A DNA stretch of 64,000 bases from IMG/VR virus record IMGVR_UViG_3300047510_001118, positions 62,001-126,000 of that record. One strand, written 5' to 3'. The notes below the pieces were generated by a model that had not been told where the DNA came from, ran no database searches, and saw only the letters and a program-made list of their open reading frames with translations. How positions within the stretch are numbered: the stretch's first letter is position 1; every line of letters begins with the position of its first letter. The translations under genes and the position numbers were made by a program. This document shows positions 1 to 9,200 of the stretch, in pieces.

Positions 1-1227
1 CATTATTTGATAGCGTCCTGCAGCACTGGAACCTGCTCTACGAGCATGTGCTAACTGATAAGATGCTAACTCTTCCATAGTCATATTTAAAATAGCCGGA
101 TCACGTTTGCCACCAAACATTATATCATATTGGCCGCCACTTTCTGGACCAGCAACAAAATTAAGCACTTGTCCAACTTTGCCTTTTGTAACAGCATCAA
201 GTTGTAAAGGTTTGCTGACATCTACCTTGCTTTGAGCTGGTCTAACTTCAGCCTGCGAACTCTTTTTCAATGTAGCCAATAGTTCTGGTTTGGCTTTAAG
301 CATGGCATTCATCTTATCAACTGTTGCTTTGTCAGCATCACCAGTGGCCGGCAATCCATTCTTTTCTTGGAATGTTCTAATAGCAGCCGTTGTTTCTTTT
401 CCTTGTAAGCCGTCAACACCAAATTTTGGTAATGGAACACCTAATGCTATCAATGCCTTCTGTACGTCAGCAGTTTGTGGGCTTCTTAAACTTGGTGGAA
501 CTTCAACTACAAAGGATTGTTTATTAGGATCTTGTTCTTTATCACCTAACCCAACTTTGTTTAATACTTTATTACCAAATCTATCAAGAGAAGATTTTGG
601 TTCTTTTGGTTCTTCTTTTGAACTTGATCCTGGTTCATTACTTCCAAAAGCAGTTGGTTTGGCTGAACTAACTACCTGTGATGCTACAACCTTATATGTA
701 GACATACCAGCATGTACACCATCAGTTAGTGGTTTGCCGTTGATGTCAATAATCGGTATACCGCCAAGAGCACTTCTAATTGCAGCACGTACCTCTTCTT
801 GAAACTCACCACCATAGAACTTGGCTTCTTTACTACCTCGTCCTGGACCGTTAGGGAATAATAAGAAAAGTACTTTTGAAGGTTGCTGTGCGTTAATTCT
901 ATCTACCACACTGGAAACATCAGATGCGATTGATTGAGCAGTGCGGGATGGTTTTCCCGGAACCATGGCGTTAGCAGTATCGTTGGCTCCTAACGCTACT
1001 AATACCACAGAACCTTTGGGTATTTTTGGAATATTGGCCAACATCTGTTGTGTTCTTGGTGCTGGACCTTTGCTGGCCGCTGAAGGCACTCCTAAATTAA
1101 GCCATTTTACGCCTTTCATTACACCGCCCATTACGCCTACTGCATGTGCGTGGCTGTCACCGATAGCAACATAGACTGGTTCGGGTTCTGATTCAAAAAT
1201 TTGGGTTATAAATTCACGTGCTCTCAT
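1..1227 (-). CDS. SGNH/GDSL hydrolase + PG-binding + lysozyme-like (lambda/T4-type muramidase or transglycosylase) fusion; 3' end runs off the window
   Basis: Not in the ORF track; translated by hand from ATG at 1227 and open to base 1. Contains SGNH blocks (AIGDSHA, LGANDT, TDGVHA), a PG_binding_1-like segment (VQKALIALG..GVDGLQGKETTAAIRTFQEKNGLPATG) and a lysozyme-like start (ESGGQYDIMFGG...SSAAGRYQIM). TAAATA late motif upstream at 1235-1240. Confidence 0.8.
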   Translation of the reverse strand, partial: MRAREFITQIFESEPEPVYVAIGDSHAHAVGVMGGVMKGVKWLNLGVPSAASKGPAPRTQQMLANIPKIPKGSVVLVALGANDTANAMVPGKPSRTAQSIASDVSSVVDRINAQQPSKVLFLLFPNGPGRGSKEAKFYGGEFQEEVRAAIRSALGGIPIIDINGKPLTDGVHAGMSTYKVVASQVVSSAKPTAFGSNEPGSSSKEEPKEPKSSLDRFGNKVLNKVGLGDKEQDPNKQSFVVEVPPSLRSPQTADVQKALIALGVPLPKFGVDGLQGKETTAAIRTFQEKNGLPATGDADKATVDKMNAMLKAKPELLATLKKSSQAEVRPAQSKVDVSKPLQLDAVTKGKVGQVLNFVAGPESGGQYDIMFGGKRDPAILNMTMEELASYQLAHARRAGSSAAGRYQIM

Positions 1228-1272
1228 AGTACAGTATTTAGTATTTTTTATCTTTGACTAATAAATATTTTT

Positions 1273-1704
1273 GTGAAGGACATCTACGTTCGTACTTTTT
1301 ACACGCTGATCAAAGAGCGTGAACAGGAAACGGGATTTACTATGCCCGAACCAGTAGAACACTACTGTGTATTTTTGTTGGCAGAACGGGTTGAAAAAAC
1401 AGAGTTAATACCAGATCCTAGTTTTGCTGAAAAATATCTACAACTATACAGTGCCAAAGATCATACTGAAATAAAACATTTTGCTGACGACTGTTTATTT
1501 TTTACCAGTATACTTCCAGACTATGGAAAAAGACGCGGGTTAAACATGGACTACTACGCTACGTTAGGCATTAGCAGTTATTATGCTTATGGAGATCTAG
1601 TTAATGAATCGCTGTATACACACCTAGGAAATTACTTTTACCATCTACAAAAGTTTTTAGAATCAACGATCAAAAACAGACCGCTAATTAGTTTTGTTCT
1701 CTAA
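1273..1704 (+). CDS. hypothetical protein
   Basis: 143-aa ORF with GTG start just after TAAATA (1262-1267). Confidence 0.65.
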   Translation: MKDIYVRTFYTLIKEREQETGFTMPEPVEHYCVFLLAERVEKTELIPDPSFAEKYLQLYSAKDHTEIKHFADDCLFFTSILPDYGKRRGLNMDYYATLGISSYYAYGDLVNESLYTHLGNYFYHLQKFLESTIKNRPLISFVL

Positions 1705-2842
1705 CTTTTTCTACAGTAAAATCATCTCTGGTTAACGAAGGGTGACGTTCAATTACTCTATTAATAATATCTTCTTTGCTCTCGCCTTCAATTCTAGCCT
1801 GTTTACCATTTCTAGTCAGTGTAACAACATAGGTGCCAGGGCCTTGATCTTGGTCAACTTCTTCGTCATCTTTCTTTTCTTCTTCGCCGGAAGCAAAACT
1901 TAGAGGAAATCTCTGTTTTAGATCTTCAATTGCTGTGCCAACATCGTAGCCACCTGGAACTATTTCTTTGCTGGCGTCTTTGATTTCAGCAGCCTTAGAT
2001 TTAATGGCCGCTACAATTTTCTTCATTAGACCCGGAAACAATTCAGCAAACTTTTCGTCTCTGCGTACAGTTTGATTACCATTGTTGATTTGATTAGTTG
2101 GAGCATGAATCTGCCATTTACCATTAACATCTTCGTAGTTGTCTTTATCTACTACACTGATCACAGGACCGTCTTTAGCATAGCGATCAAACCATGTTGC
2201 TCCTGAACTAGAGCCTGTACAGAAACTTGCTTTGAATCCAGCACTGTTGTTAAATGTATAACAACTACCGTAGTTCATTGGCACAACAACTAGATACCGT
2301 TCATCGTCAATAAGTTCTACTTCTTTACGCTCACGCTTATGACGCTCAATAGTTTCCTGATCTTTAATTTTTTCTAATTCGTTGCGATATTCACGACTTT
2401 GAATTATGCTCTGTAGTTGACGCAGATTTTTAAATCTATTAAAATCTTGATGTTCTGGTTTTAATTTACCGCGAATACTCAGAGCCTTCCAAGCACCTAG
2501 AGCATCGCCGCCTTCACCGTTGATATCTTCGTAGTCTAGTATGCCATTCATATAAAGACGTGTCAGCCAATCATCAAACTTGCCGTCTGCTGATATATCA
2601 CCGTAGTCCGTTGATCGTAGACTGTTATCTAATAATTCACTCCAAAGATTAAGAAGTTTTTGATTGTTTTCTTCCTGTTTAGCAGGATCTGATTCACTGC
2701 GAAACACAGATGAACCTAGTGCCGCTACTTTATTTTTAGGCAGAGTAGCATCATGACGCATGGCAATACCAATCATCTTAATGGTCTTAGGATCTTTAAT
2801 TTTAGCCGCTACGTTGGCTTCTAATAAATGTATGACTTTCAT
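1688..2842 (-). CDS. hypothetical, probable virion/internal head protein
   Basis: 384-aa ORF, N-terminus MKVIHLLEA, coupled to upstream gene. Confidence 0.7.
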   Translation of the reverse strand: MKVIHLLEANVAAKIKDPKTIKMIGIAMRHDATLPKNKVAALGSSVFRSESDPAKQEENNQKLLNLWSELLDNSLRSTDYGDISADGKFDDWLTRLYMNGILDYEDINGEGGDALGAWKALSIRGKLKPEHQDFNRFKNLRQLQSIIQSREYRNELEKIKDQETIERHKRERKEVELIDDERYLVVVPMNYGSCYTFNNSAGFKASFCTGSSSGATWFDRYAKDGPVISVVDKDNYEDVNGKWQIHAPTNQINNGNQTVRRDEKFAELFPGLMKKIVAAIKSKAAEIKDASKEIVPGGYDVGTAIEDLKQRFPLSFASGEEEKKDDEEVDQDQGPGTYVVTLTRNGKQARIEGESKEDIINRVIERHPSLTRDDFTVEKVREQN

Positions 2843-3723
2843 CCTGATATCAATGTCCTTTTAAAGAATCCTAAAACGGTTCCAAGTTTCTTTTGGTCGC
2901 CATTAGATATATCTTGAAGTAGTTTAGTGACTCCTTCTGATCGTTCTGGTTGATAATTTCCGCTATAGGCTCTTCTTATTTCACCGGTTTCGTTTGGATA
3001 ATGATAACTAGCAGCCATCATGATTGCGGTATTAACTGAAGATCGTACTGAGTCAGGACCATTTGAGTCTATGTTTCCAGATTCAAGACCTTCTATAGAA
3101 TTTTGTAATTTTTCAACTCTTTCTATTTTCTTTTTGGCTTTATCAAAGGCATCGTTCTTAATCATATTAGCCACGTGACCTTTGATATCTGCTATGGCAG
3201 CAGTTAACGCTCTTACCCATAAAGGTTTAAACTTTTTAACCAAGGTTTCCACATTCATTGGTTGAGGACCAACACCTTGTTGTCTATCTTTACGCTGACG
3301 TTGCTTGTCTGTTACTGCGGTTGTATTTCTAGAAGAAAAGAATTTTACAGGTTTGCCTACTTCTGATTTGATAAAATCTAAAATTGTGCCGCCGCGGCCG
3401 TCGGAAACTGATCGTGTTTCCCCGCCATCACTGACTACTGCTGTGTATGAACCTGTTGTTCCGCCTGTGGCTTTGATCGCGGCAGTACCATTTGAACAGC
3501 GCATGATTACCCAAGCACCTCTGTAACTGTCTTTTAAGTCACTCCAGGAAATCTTAGGTATTTCTTGATACTCTAAATTATGAGCTAACGACATACCTTG
3601 ATGTAGTTTTTTAATAACCTGCTGACCACCTGGATGATCTGTTATTAAATTCATAGATGTGCTGGCTTCTGTGATAGATTCACAGAGATGAGCAAATGCT
3701 TTGTAGGCTTGAGCTGTTAACAT
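2839..3723 (-). CDS. hypothetical, probable virion/internal head protein
   Basis: 294-aa ORF, N-terminal LCESITEAS, 4-nt overlap with next gene. Confidence 0.7.
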   Translation of the reverse strand: MLTAQAYKAFAHLCESITEASTSMNLITDHPGGQQVIKKLHQGMSLAHNLEYQEIPKISWSDLKDSYRGAWVIMRCSNGTAAIKATGGTTGSYTAVVSDGGETRSVSDGRGGTILDFIKSEVGKPVKFFSSRNTTAVTDKQRQRKDRQQGVGPQPMNVETLVKKFKPLWVRALTAAIADIKGHVANMIKNDAFDKAKKKIERVEKLQNSIEGLESGNIDSNGPDSVRSSVNTAIMMAASYHYPNETGEIRRAYSGNYQPERSEGVTKLLQDISNGDQKKLGTVLGFFKRTLISG

Positions 3724-4158
3724 TTAATTACACCAACTTTGTTTTGCGTCACCATAGTATTCTCTAGCAAAGCCGTTGGCAATGAGTTGACTACGTAGAC
3801 TTTGTCCGTTTAGAATGATGTCGCCTAGAACACGCCCACCAAACTTATCCCATCCATAAAGGACCACTTGTCGTTTTTGACTGGCTTGAACGAGATTTTT
3901 AGTAAAAACTGATGCGGCTTCTCCTCGTTGTTTTTCACTATCGCATTGTCCACGAAAGCCTTTTTCGGGTGTGTCAACTCCGTAGATACGTACAGCAAGT
4001 TCTGGTTTAAGAGGCTGTGGGAGAAAGGGAGCGGCAATTACAATAGTATCGCCATCGCTTACTCTTAGTATTTGTGCGTCATACATAACGCCCTGCGGTG
4101 TTTTTTGTGCCAGTGCTAGTGTAGGAATTGCCAACAATAATAGTAGTAGTTTTTTCAT
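3724..4158 (-). CDS. thermonuclease (SNase-like) with signal peptide
   Basis: RVSDGDT, VRIYGVDTPE, DKFGGRVLG motifs; hydrophobic N-terminus. Confidence 0.9.
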   Translation of the reverse strand: MKKLLLLLLAIPTLALAQKTPQGVMYDAQILRVSDGDTIVIAAPFLPQPLKPELAVRIYGVDTPEKGFRGQCDSEKQRGEAASVFTKNLVQASQKRQVVLYGWDKFGGRVLGDIILNGQSLRSQLIANGFAREYYGDAKQSWCN

Positions 4159-4190
4159 CAGTGAACCTTTGGATTAATATGAATATTTAT

Positions 4191-4814
4191 CTATACAGAT
4201 TTTTCTGTGTATTCTGCTTTGGTCCACCCTATTAAACTGCTGGCTTTCCAATGATTTTGTTCAAATCCCTGTAAGGTCTGCCATAGACTGCGAGTATTCC
4301 ATATATATTTGGCCGCATCCTGCCAATCTGTGTGCCGTACTGTGTAGTCAAAATTTATCATTCGATCTTTAAAATGATCGTAATCATAGTTGTCGTACTC
4401 AACATGTAGAACTTCAAATACTGTTCCATCTTCTGAGACAGCATCTAGGGCAAAATCAAACCCCCATTTTGCTTTTGTGCGTATAAGGTAATCAGCAGTT
4501 GGTATAGATTGTTTGAGTTTTTTTAATTGATCTAGTGCTTCGCCGTTATAAGAGCAACGACATAAAAACATACTGTGATCAAGTATTAAATTCAGATTAT
4601 CGTGTTCTAATTCAAACCAAGGCTCTTGCCAACACGTATGATTTAACAGTGGATATTGAATAGGATGACCCATAGCAGAATAAAACTTCTGTTCTGCTCG
4701 ATTTAATTCAAATCCATCTTTGTCGTAGTATTGAAAATCGTTAGATTCAATATCAAGTACTGGTTTTAAACAAAGCGGATTTGACATCAATGTAACATTG
4801 TGTCTACGAAACAT
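4191..4814 (-). CDS. hypothetical protein
   Basis: 207-aa ORF within the operon. Confidence 0.7.
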   Translation of the reverse strand: MFRRHNVTLMSNPLCLKPVLDIESNDFQYYDKDGFELNRAEQKFYSAMGHPIQYPLLNHTCWQEPWFELEHDNLNLILDHSMFLCRCSYNGEALDQLKKLKQSIPTADYLIRTKAKWGFDFALDAVSEDGTVFEVLHVEYDNYDYDHFKDRMINFDYTVRHTDWQDAAKYIWNTRSLWQTLQGFEQNHWKASSLIGWTKAEYTEKSV

Positions 4815-4820
4815 TTGTTA

Positions 4821-4943
4821 TTACACTTGATCAAGGTTGTCGTGCTCGCAGAGATCACAAGCACATTCAGTACAGTGGTCACAGGTATCATCTAAACAAC
4901 TGTGTCCACAGTGAGCCGTATGTTTACAACTGTTACATATCAT
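4821..4943 (-). CDS. 40-aa Cys/His-rich metallothionein-like peptide
   Basis: Hand translation MICNSCKHTAHCGHSCLDDTCDHCTECACDLCEHDNLDQV (9 Cys, 5 His); fills the gap exactly between neighbouring genes. Confidence 0.65.
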   Translation of the reverse strand: MICNSCKHTAHCGHSCLDDTCDHCTECACDLCEHDNLDQV

Positions 4944-4944
4944 T

Positions 4945-5370
4945 TCATTCTGTTCTGTCTTTGTCATCTATCGCTCCTCCAGTGACCCATGCTGTACAAC
5001 TACGTGTGCCAGCGCATTTAAAATGTAAAAAGTTACAGTAACCTAAATCTGCCTTGTGTATTGTAGCCATAGCATCTGCTGATTTCTCGTCACCCTTAAT
5101 ACCATCTTCAATACAAGACCACATCTTATCTGAAACATCAAAGGCCGCACAGTTACCGCAACGCATTGTCTTAGCAGTCTTTTCGTCTATGTCCCAACGC
5201 TTGGCCGCATCCTTCCAGTAGTTACCTGACTCTTCAGGATTCGCAGGTCCATAATGATATTCGTCTATGGCTTTCTGACGATTTTTTAAGTTGACATCTA
5301 TGTCGTAGGTAGCAATGGGACAGCCTTTATTGGCTGCTTCTACTATGTTGATATATTTTCTGTAGATCAT
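4945..5370 (-). CDS. conserved phage Cys-containing hypothetical protein
   Basis: 141 aa, CGNC and C..H..C..TRSC motifs; N-terminus INIVEAA. Confidence 0.75.
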   Translation of the reverse strand: MIYRKYINIVEAANKGCPIATYDIDVNLKNRQKAIDEYHYGPANPEESGNYWKDAAKRWDIDEKTAKTMRCGNCAAFDVSDKMWSCIEDGIKGDEKSADAMATIHKADLGYCNFLHFKCAGTRSCTAWVTGGAIDDKDRTE

Positions 5371-6680
5371 AATTCATCCCATCCTATAGCCCAGCATTGT
5401 TGAGTTGAGTTAGTAGTTGTAGTTACAGCAATAAGAAACTCGTAATTTACACCTGTGAATGTGTTACGTTCTAACTGAAACTTGAAAGGAAATCCAGCCA
5501 GTGATGGTGCTATACTAGCCTGATTAGTGGCTATAACATACCCTTCATCAATCAGCCTACCGTTAGTATAACTAGTGGGTGTTAGGTTGTATTCTACTGA
5601 AGATGTTGTGCCGGTGTCTTGCCATTCACCACCAGTGGTGATAGCCTGCTGTATAATAAAGTATTGATAATTGGCTCCAGTTAATGGAGCAAAACTAAAA
5701 TTAGTAGGCACTACTATGGCGTTGTTTCTTCCTGCTTTGAGTCTTATACTGATCATAGGAACAGGAGTATTGACCTGTGCTTGGTTAGTAGTTCTCGGTG
5801 CGGTTATGTTATGGCCAATAACTCTAGGGCGACCTATGAGTTCATAGCCGCCTTCTGATATCACAGATTGGCAGATAAATTTTAGCGTGTCGCTGACTCC
5901 GGTGGCGCTGGTATTTTCTATCTCATAGCGAATAGGCAGTCGTGCTGTGCCCATATAGGTTGTGGTTATGCCAGCGTTGTTAGCATGATCCCATCTATGG
6001 CAGGGTATAAACTGTCCGTTGATTACAAATCCCATAGTCACTGATCCTACACCTAACCATTCTAAGTTGATATAAAGTATCTGCGATGTGGCTAGATTTA
6101 ATACGATCTTATCTGCGTCTGTGCCATCTAGTTTACTAATATTCCAATCTGCTTTGGCAATGCGAGTTGTATCTAAACTACCACTAGAACTGCTTCTTCG
6201 CACAAAGTAAACATCTGTTCCATCCTGTTCTAGATAGAAACCGTTGTCATTGTCAAAATATCCCACACGCTGTCTCAGTCCCACTCGGGCCTGTGCCATA
6301 CAGAATGTTTCTAATATCAACAAACTCTTGCCTGGTTGGTAGGCAAATGCCCTTGTACTTTCTCTGTAGACCTTACTGCCAGCGGTGCCATCTACGGTCA
6401 TTGCTAGGGCACTAGAATTTGTATTGTGTAAGGTACTGCCTCCGCTGGCAGTGAAGTTCACAAATCCATCTAAGTTGTCGTAGTACTTGCTGGAGTTGTC
6501 AAAAAGTGTAAAAGGCTCACTAGTACGAAATCGTCCAAACGCATCTACCGCCGTAGGACCTAATGTAGTTCTAATTATAGGGCGACCAAGTACATCGTAC
6601 TGCATGGCCATAGTTAAGTCATTGGTGTTTGGTTCGTAACTATGAAAGTAGTTGGTTGAGTTAGGATTTAAATTAGCCAT
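5367..6680 (-). CDS. virion structural protein (T4-like/cyanophage type)
   Basis: 437 aa, beta-rich, DAFGRFRTSEPFTLFD motif typical of such structural proteins. Confidence 0.6.
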   Translation of the reverse strand: MANLNPNSTNYFHSYEPNTNDLTMAMQYDVLGRPIIRTTLGPTAVDAFGRFRTSEPFTLFDNSSKYYDNLDGFVNFTASGGSTLHNTNSSALAMTVDGTAGSKVYRESTRAFAYQPGKSLLILETFCMAQARVGLRQRVGYFDNDNGFYLEQDGTDVYFVRRSSSSGSLDTTRIAKADWNISKLDGTDADKIVLNLATSQILYINLEWLGVGSVTMGFVINGQFIPCHRWDHANNAGITTTYMGTARLPIRYEIENTSATGVSDTLKFICQSVISEGGYELIGRPRVIGHNITAPRTTNQAQVNTPVPMISIRLKAGRNNAIVVPTNFSFAPLTGANYQYFIIQQAITTGGEWQDTGTTSSVEYNLTPTSYTNGRLIDEGYVIATNQASIAPSLAGFPFKFQLERNTFTGVNYEFLIAVTTTTNSTQQCWAIGWDEL

Positions 6681-6681
6681 A

Positions 6682-7134
6682 TCAAATCCAAGGCCTTCCT
6701 TGTACTAATCCGCTTGTGTTGACGTTATCGTCTGCGCCCGAAACATTACCGTTGTAAGTATCAGGCAACTGTGTTATATCGTAGGTATCTCTAGTATTAC
6801 CATCGCGTGTGCGTTTCTTCGCAGATATTTCAAGTTTTACAACTTGACGCTGTTGTTTGGTTAATCCTTCGTCTAGGGGGCGGGCAATGAATACGTCGCC
6901 CGGAACTAAAGTAATTCCTAAATCTGTTTCGATATCATCAAAAAAATCTGTTGGATAGTCTACACTGTTAAATCTACCGTCTCTTGCTAGGCTTAGATAA
7001 TAGTAACTCGAAGGTAAATCCTCTGCTAGGCGGATCACTTCGATATAGGCGTTAAACGTTGCAGTTTCCGTTCCTATGTTTAAAGTAGTCGGAGTTCTTA
7101 ATAACCCGTAGTATGTTGTATCAAAACTTGGCAT
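6682..7134 (-). CDS. hypothetical virion-associated protein
   Basis: 150-aa ORF after late motif TAAATA (7154-7159, minus strand). Confidence 0.6.
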   Translation of the reverse strand: MPSFDTTYYGLLRTPTTLNIGTETATFNAYIEVIRLAEDLPSSYYYLSLARDGRFNSVDYPTDFFDDIETDLGITLVPGDVFIARPLDEGLTKQQRQVVKLEISAKKRTRDGNTRDTYDITQLPDTYNGNVSGADDNVNTSGLVQGRPWI

Positions 7135-7175
7135 TTATTTTTCCTCGATACGATATTTATCGTTAAATATTGCTT

Positions 7176-7784
7176 ATGAAACCTTTGTTGATGATACATG
7201 AAGTTCGAGAATGGATGTTTGATCTTCCATTAAATGACTACATCCTAACCTTTGATGACGGACTTTACAGCCAGTATTATTACAACGATCGTTTCAAACA
7301 ATTAACTACACAGAGAATATACTACATCAGTTCGGGTATTGTTAGCAGTGGTAAACAAAACTTAGATTTTCCAACCTGTGTAGATGCTCACATAAAAGCT
7401 CGCCAGGGCAACACAGAAGACTACATGACTGTTGCCCAGATCAAAGAACTGATGAAAGACCCAAACGTAATCATTGGCGCACACAGTCACAGTCATATTC
7501 GCTTGGATAACTTTACTAGTCTAGCAGAAAAGGTTAGATATATCAATGAAGATACAGAGCAGATGATACAGTGGTTTGAAACAAACTTAGGATTTAAACC
7601 CACACACTTCTGTTTCCCTTACAACGAAGATCCACACGGACTGTACAAAGGACTAGTTAAAAAATTTGGGATTACGAACTGCGTTGGATACGGTCGAACA
7701 CCAATCGAAACGCTTCGGCATAATGTAAGCCAACTTGATAGCCTCGATATTTTGCCAGCGTGGTCATTGCCTCGATACTCCTAG
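7176..7784 (+). CDS. polysaccharide deacetylase (NodB/CE4 family)
   Basis: LTFDDG, HSHSH, FCFPY motifs; ATG 7176 preferred over the 7170 TTG. Confidence 0.85.
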   Translation: MKPLLMIHEVREWMFDLPLNDYILTFDDGLYSQYYYNDRFKQLTTQRIYYISSGIVSSGKQNLDFPTCVDAHIKARQGNTEDYMTVAQIKELMKDPNVIIGAHSHSHIRLDNFTSLAEKVRYINEDTEQMIQWFETNLGFKPTHFCFPYNEDPHGLYKGLVKKFGITNCVGYGRTPIETLRHNVSQLDSLDILPAWSLPRYS

Positions 7785-8331
7785 CGTCCGGAAACTCGTA
7801 AGTTTCTGTTTGATACCTTGACAGCGCCTGTTTCTTAACTTCAATATAATCACTGATGTCTATATAGGTAGTAGGTTGAAACGCAGGTGTTAGTTGATTA
7901 AATGTCCAATCTGTGCTAGACGGTACTTCAAAGAAATAAAGTCGATTAACAGTGCTATCCGGTTTAGGACGACTGGCTATCATAACAGCGTCTGCTAATA
8001 CTCTGTGGTCGTGATTGATATCTGATATGTTATGTGTGTAAACTACTTCAGGTTTATGTTGAGCAAATAACTGTGTGAGTAAATGAGCAGTATCATTGAG
8101 CTCTAGACTTAGATCTTTGTTATTCCAAATTTTCCATTCTATTCCTAGATGCTCGCAGTTGGCTTTGAGAGCAAACACTCTGTCAGCGGCCACTTGTTCA
8201 AAGCCCGGACGTTCTCCGTTACACAAACAGAACAGTGTGACCTTATGTCCTTCTGCTACCATTCTAGCCATAGTACCATACGGACCATATGCTTCATCGT
8301 CAGGGTGTGCTAGGACGAACAATATGTTCAC
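7672..8331 (-). CDS. PIG-L/LmbE family N-acetylsugar deacetylase
   Basis: LAHPDDE and DINHDH motifs. Confidence 0.9.
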   Translation of the reverse strand: MNILFVLAHPDDEAYGPYGTMARMVAEGHKVTLFCLCNGERPGFEQVAADRVFALKANCEHLGIEWKIWNNKDLSLELNDTAHLLTQLFAQHKPEVVYTHNISDINHDHRVLADAVMIASRPKPDSTVNRLYFFEVPSSTDWTFNQLTPAFQPTTYIDISDYIEVKKQALSRYQTETYEFPDARSIEAMTTLAKYRGYQVGLHYAEAFRLVFDRIQRSS

Positions 8332-9200
8332 AGCATGTCCCTGATGATGTCGTCTACACTGTGTCTTGCTACAAATCCTGTCATGTACTTTACTTTGGTT
8401 AGGTCAGGTACTCTGCTGATAATGTCACTGTGCGGTGTAGGTATGTACTGTATCTTAGAACTGGATCCAGACAATTCAATTACACGTTCTGCTAGACGTT
8501 TGATAGTAATAACACTGTCACTGCCTATGTTAAAAATTTCACCATTAATATTTTCTATCTTGAGCATAGTATCTATAGCATCTTCGATATGGCAGAAACT
8601 TCTAACCTGGTTGCCGTCACCGTAGACTGTGAGGTCTTTACCAGACTTAGCCGCATCAACAAATCGTGGCAGTACCATGCCGTGGTCTCCTATCTGTCCT
8701 GGGCCCGTGACATTAAAGAATCTAATTATAGTGTAAGGGAATGTACCTGCGGAGATCATAAACTCTGTTGCTAGTTTAGCAGCCGCATATCCCCAACGCA
8801 GGTCAGTGGGCGGACCTATGTGTAGAGTACTGTCTTCGCTAAATGGACCATCACCATAGACTTCCGATGTGGAACTAAAGATTACTTTCTTTTGATACCT
8901 TTCAAACAAAGGTATCAAACGAGACATTAGTTCTATGTTATTATGTAATGTTGTTGTTGGATTGTTGACGATGTTAGCAACGCCTACAGAGCCTGCTAGG
9001 TAATATACTACATCAGCATCTAACAGCAGTTCATCTAATGGAGCATATCTAATATCTGTTTTAATAAATTTAACAGGGAATGTCGGAGCCTTTGAAGTTA
9101 TCAGTGAATCTACTATTGTAACATCGTGTCCGTCTTTAATTAATCGCTGTGCTAAGTGGGCGCCAATAAATCCAGCGCCACCTAATAGTAGATACTTCAT
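8328..9200 (-). CDS. NAD-dependent nucleotide-sugar epimerase/dehydratase
   Basis: GGAGFIG, SSTSEVYG, YAAAK, RFFNVTGP. Confidence 0.92.
   Translation of the reverse strand: MKYLLLGGAGFIGAHLAQRLIKDGHDVTIVDSLITSKAPTFPVKFIKTDIRYAPLDELLLDADVVYYLAGSVGVANIVNNPTTTLHNNIELMSRLIPLFERYQKKVIFSSTSEVYGDGPFSEDSTLHIGPPTDLRWGYAAAKLATEFMISAGTFPYTIIRFFNVTGPGQIGDHGMVLPRFVDAAKSGKDLTVYGDGNQVRSFCHIEDAIDTMLKIENINGEIFNIGSDSVITIKRLAERVIELSGSSSKIQYIPTPHSDIISRVPDLTKVKYMTGFVARHSVDDIIRDML

Noticed and set aside
290-1174. Plus-strand ORFs 290-802 and 941-1174
   Set aside because: Antisense shadows of the minus-strand SGNH-PG-lysozyme gene. Most other short antisense ORFs in the track that nest in motif-bearing genes were dropped for the same reason.
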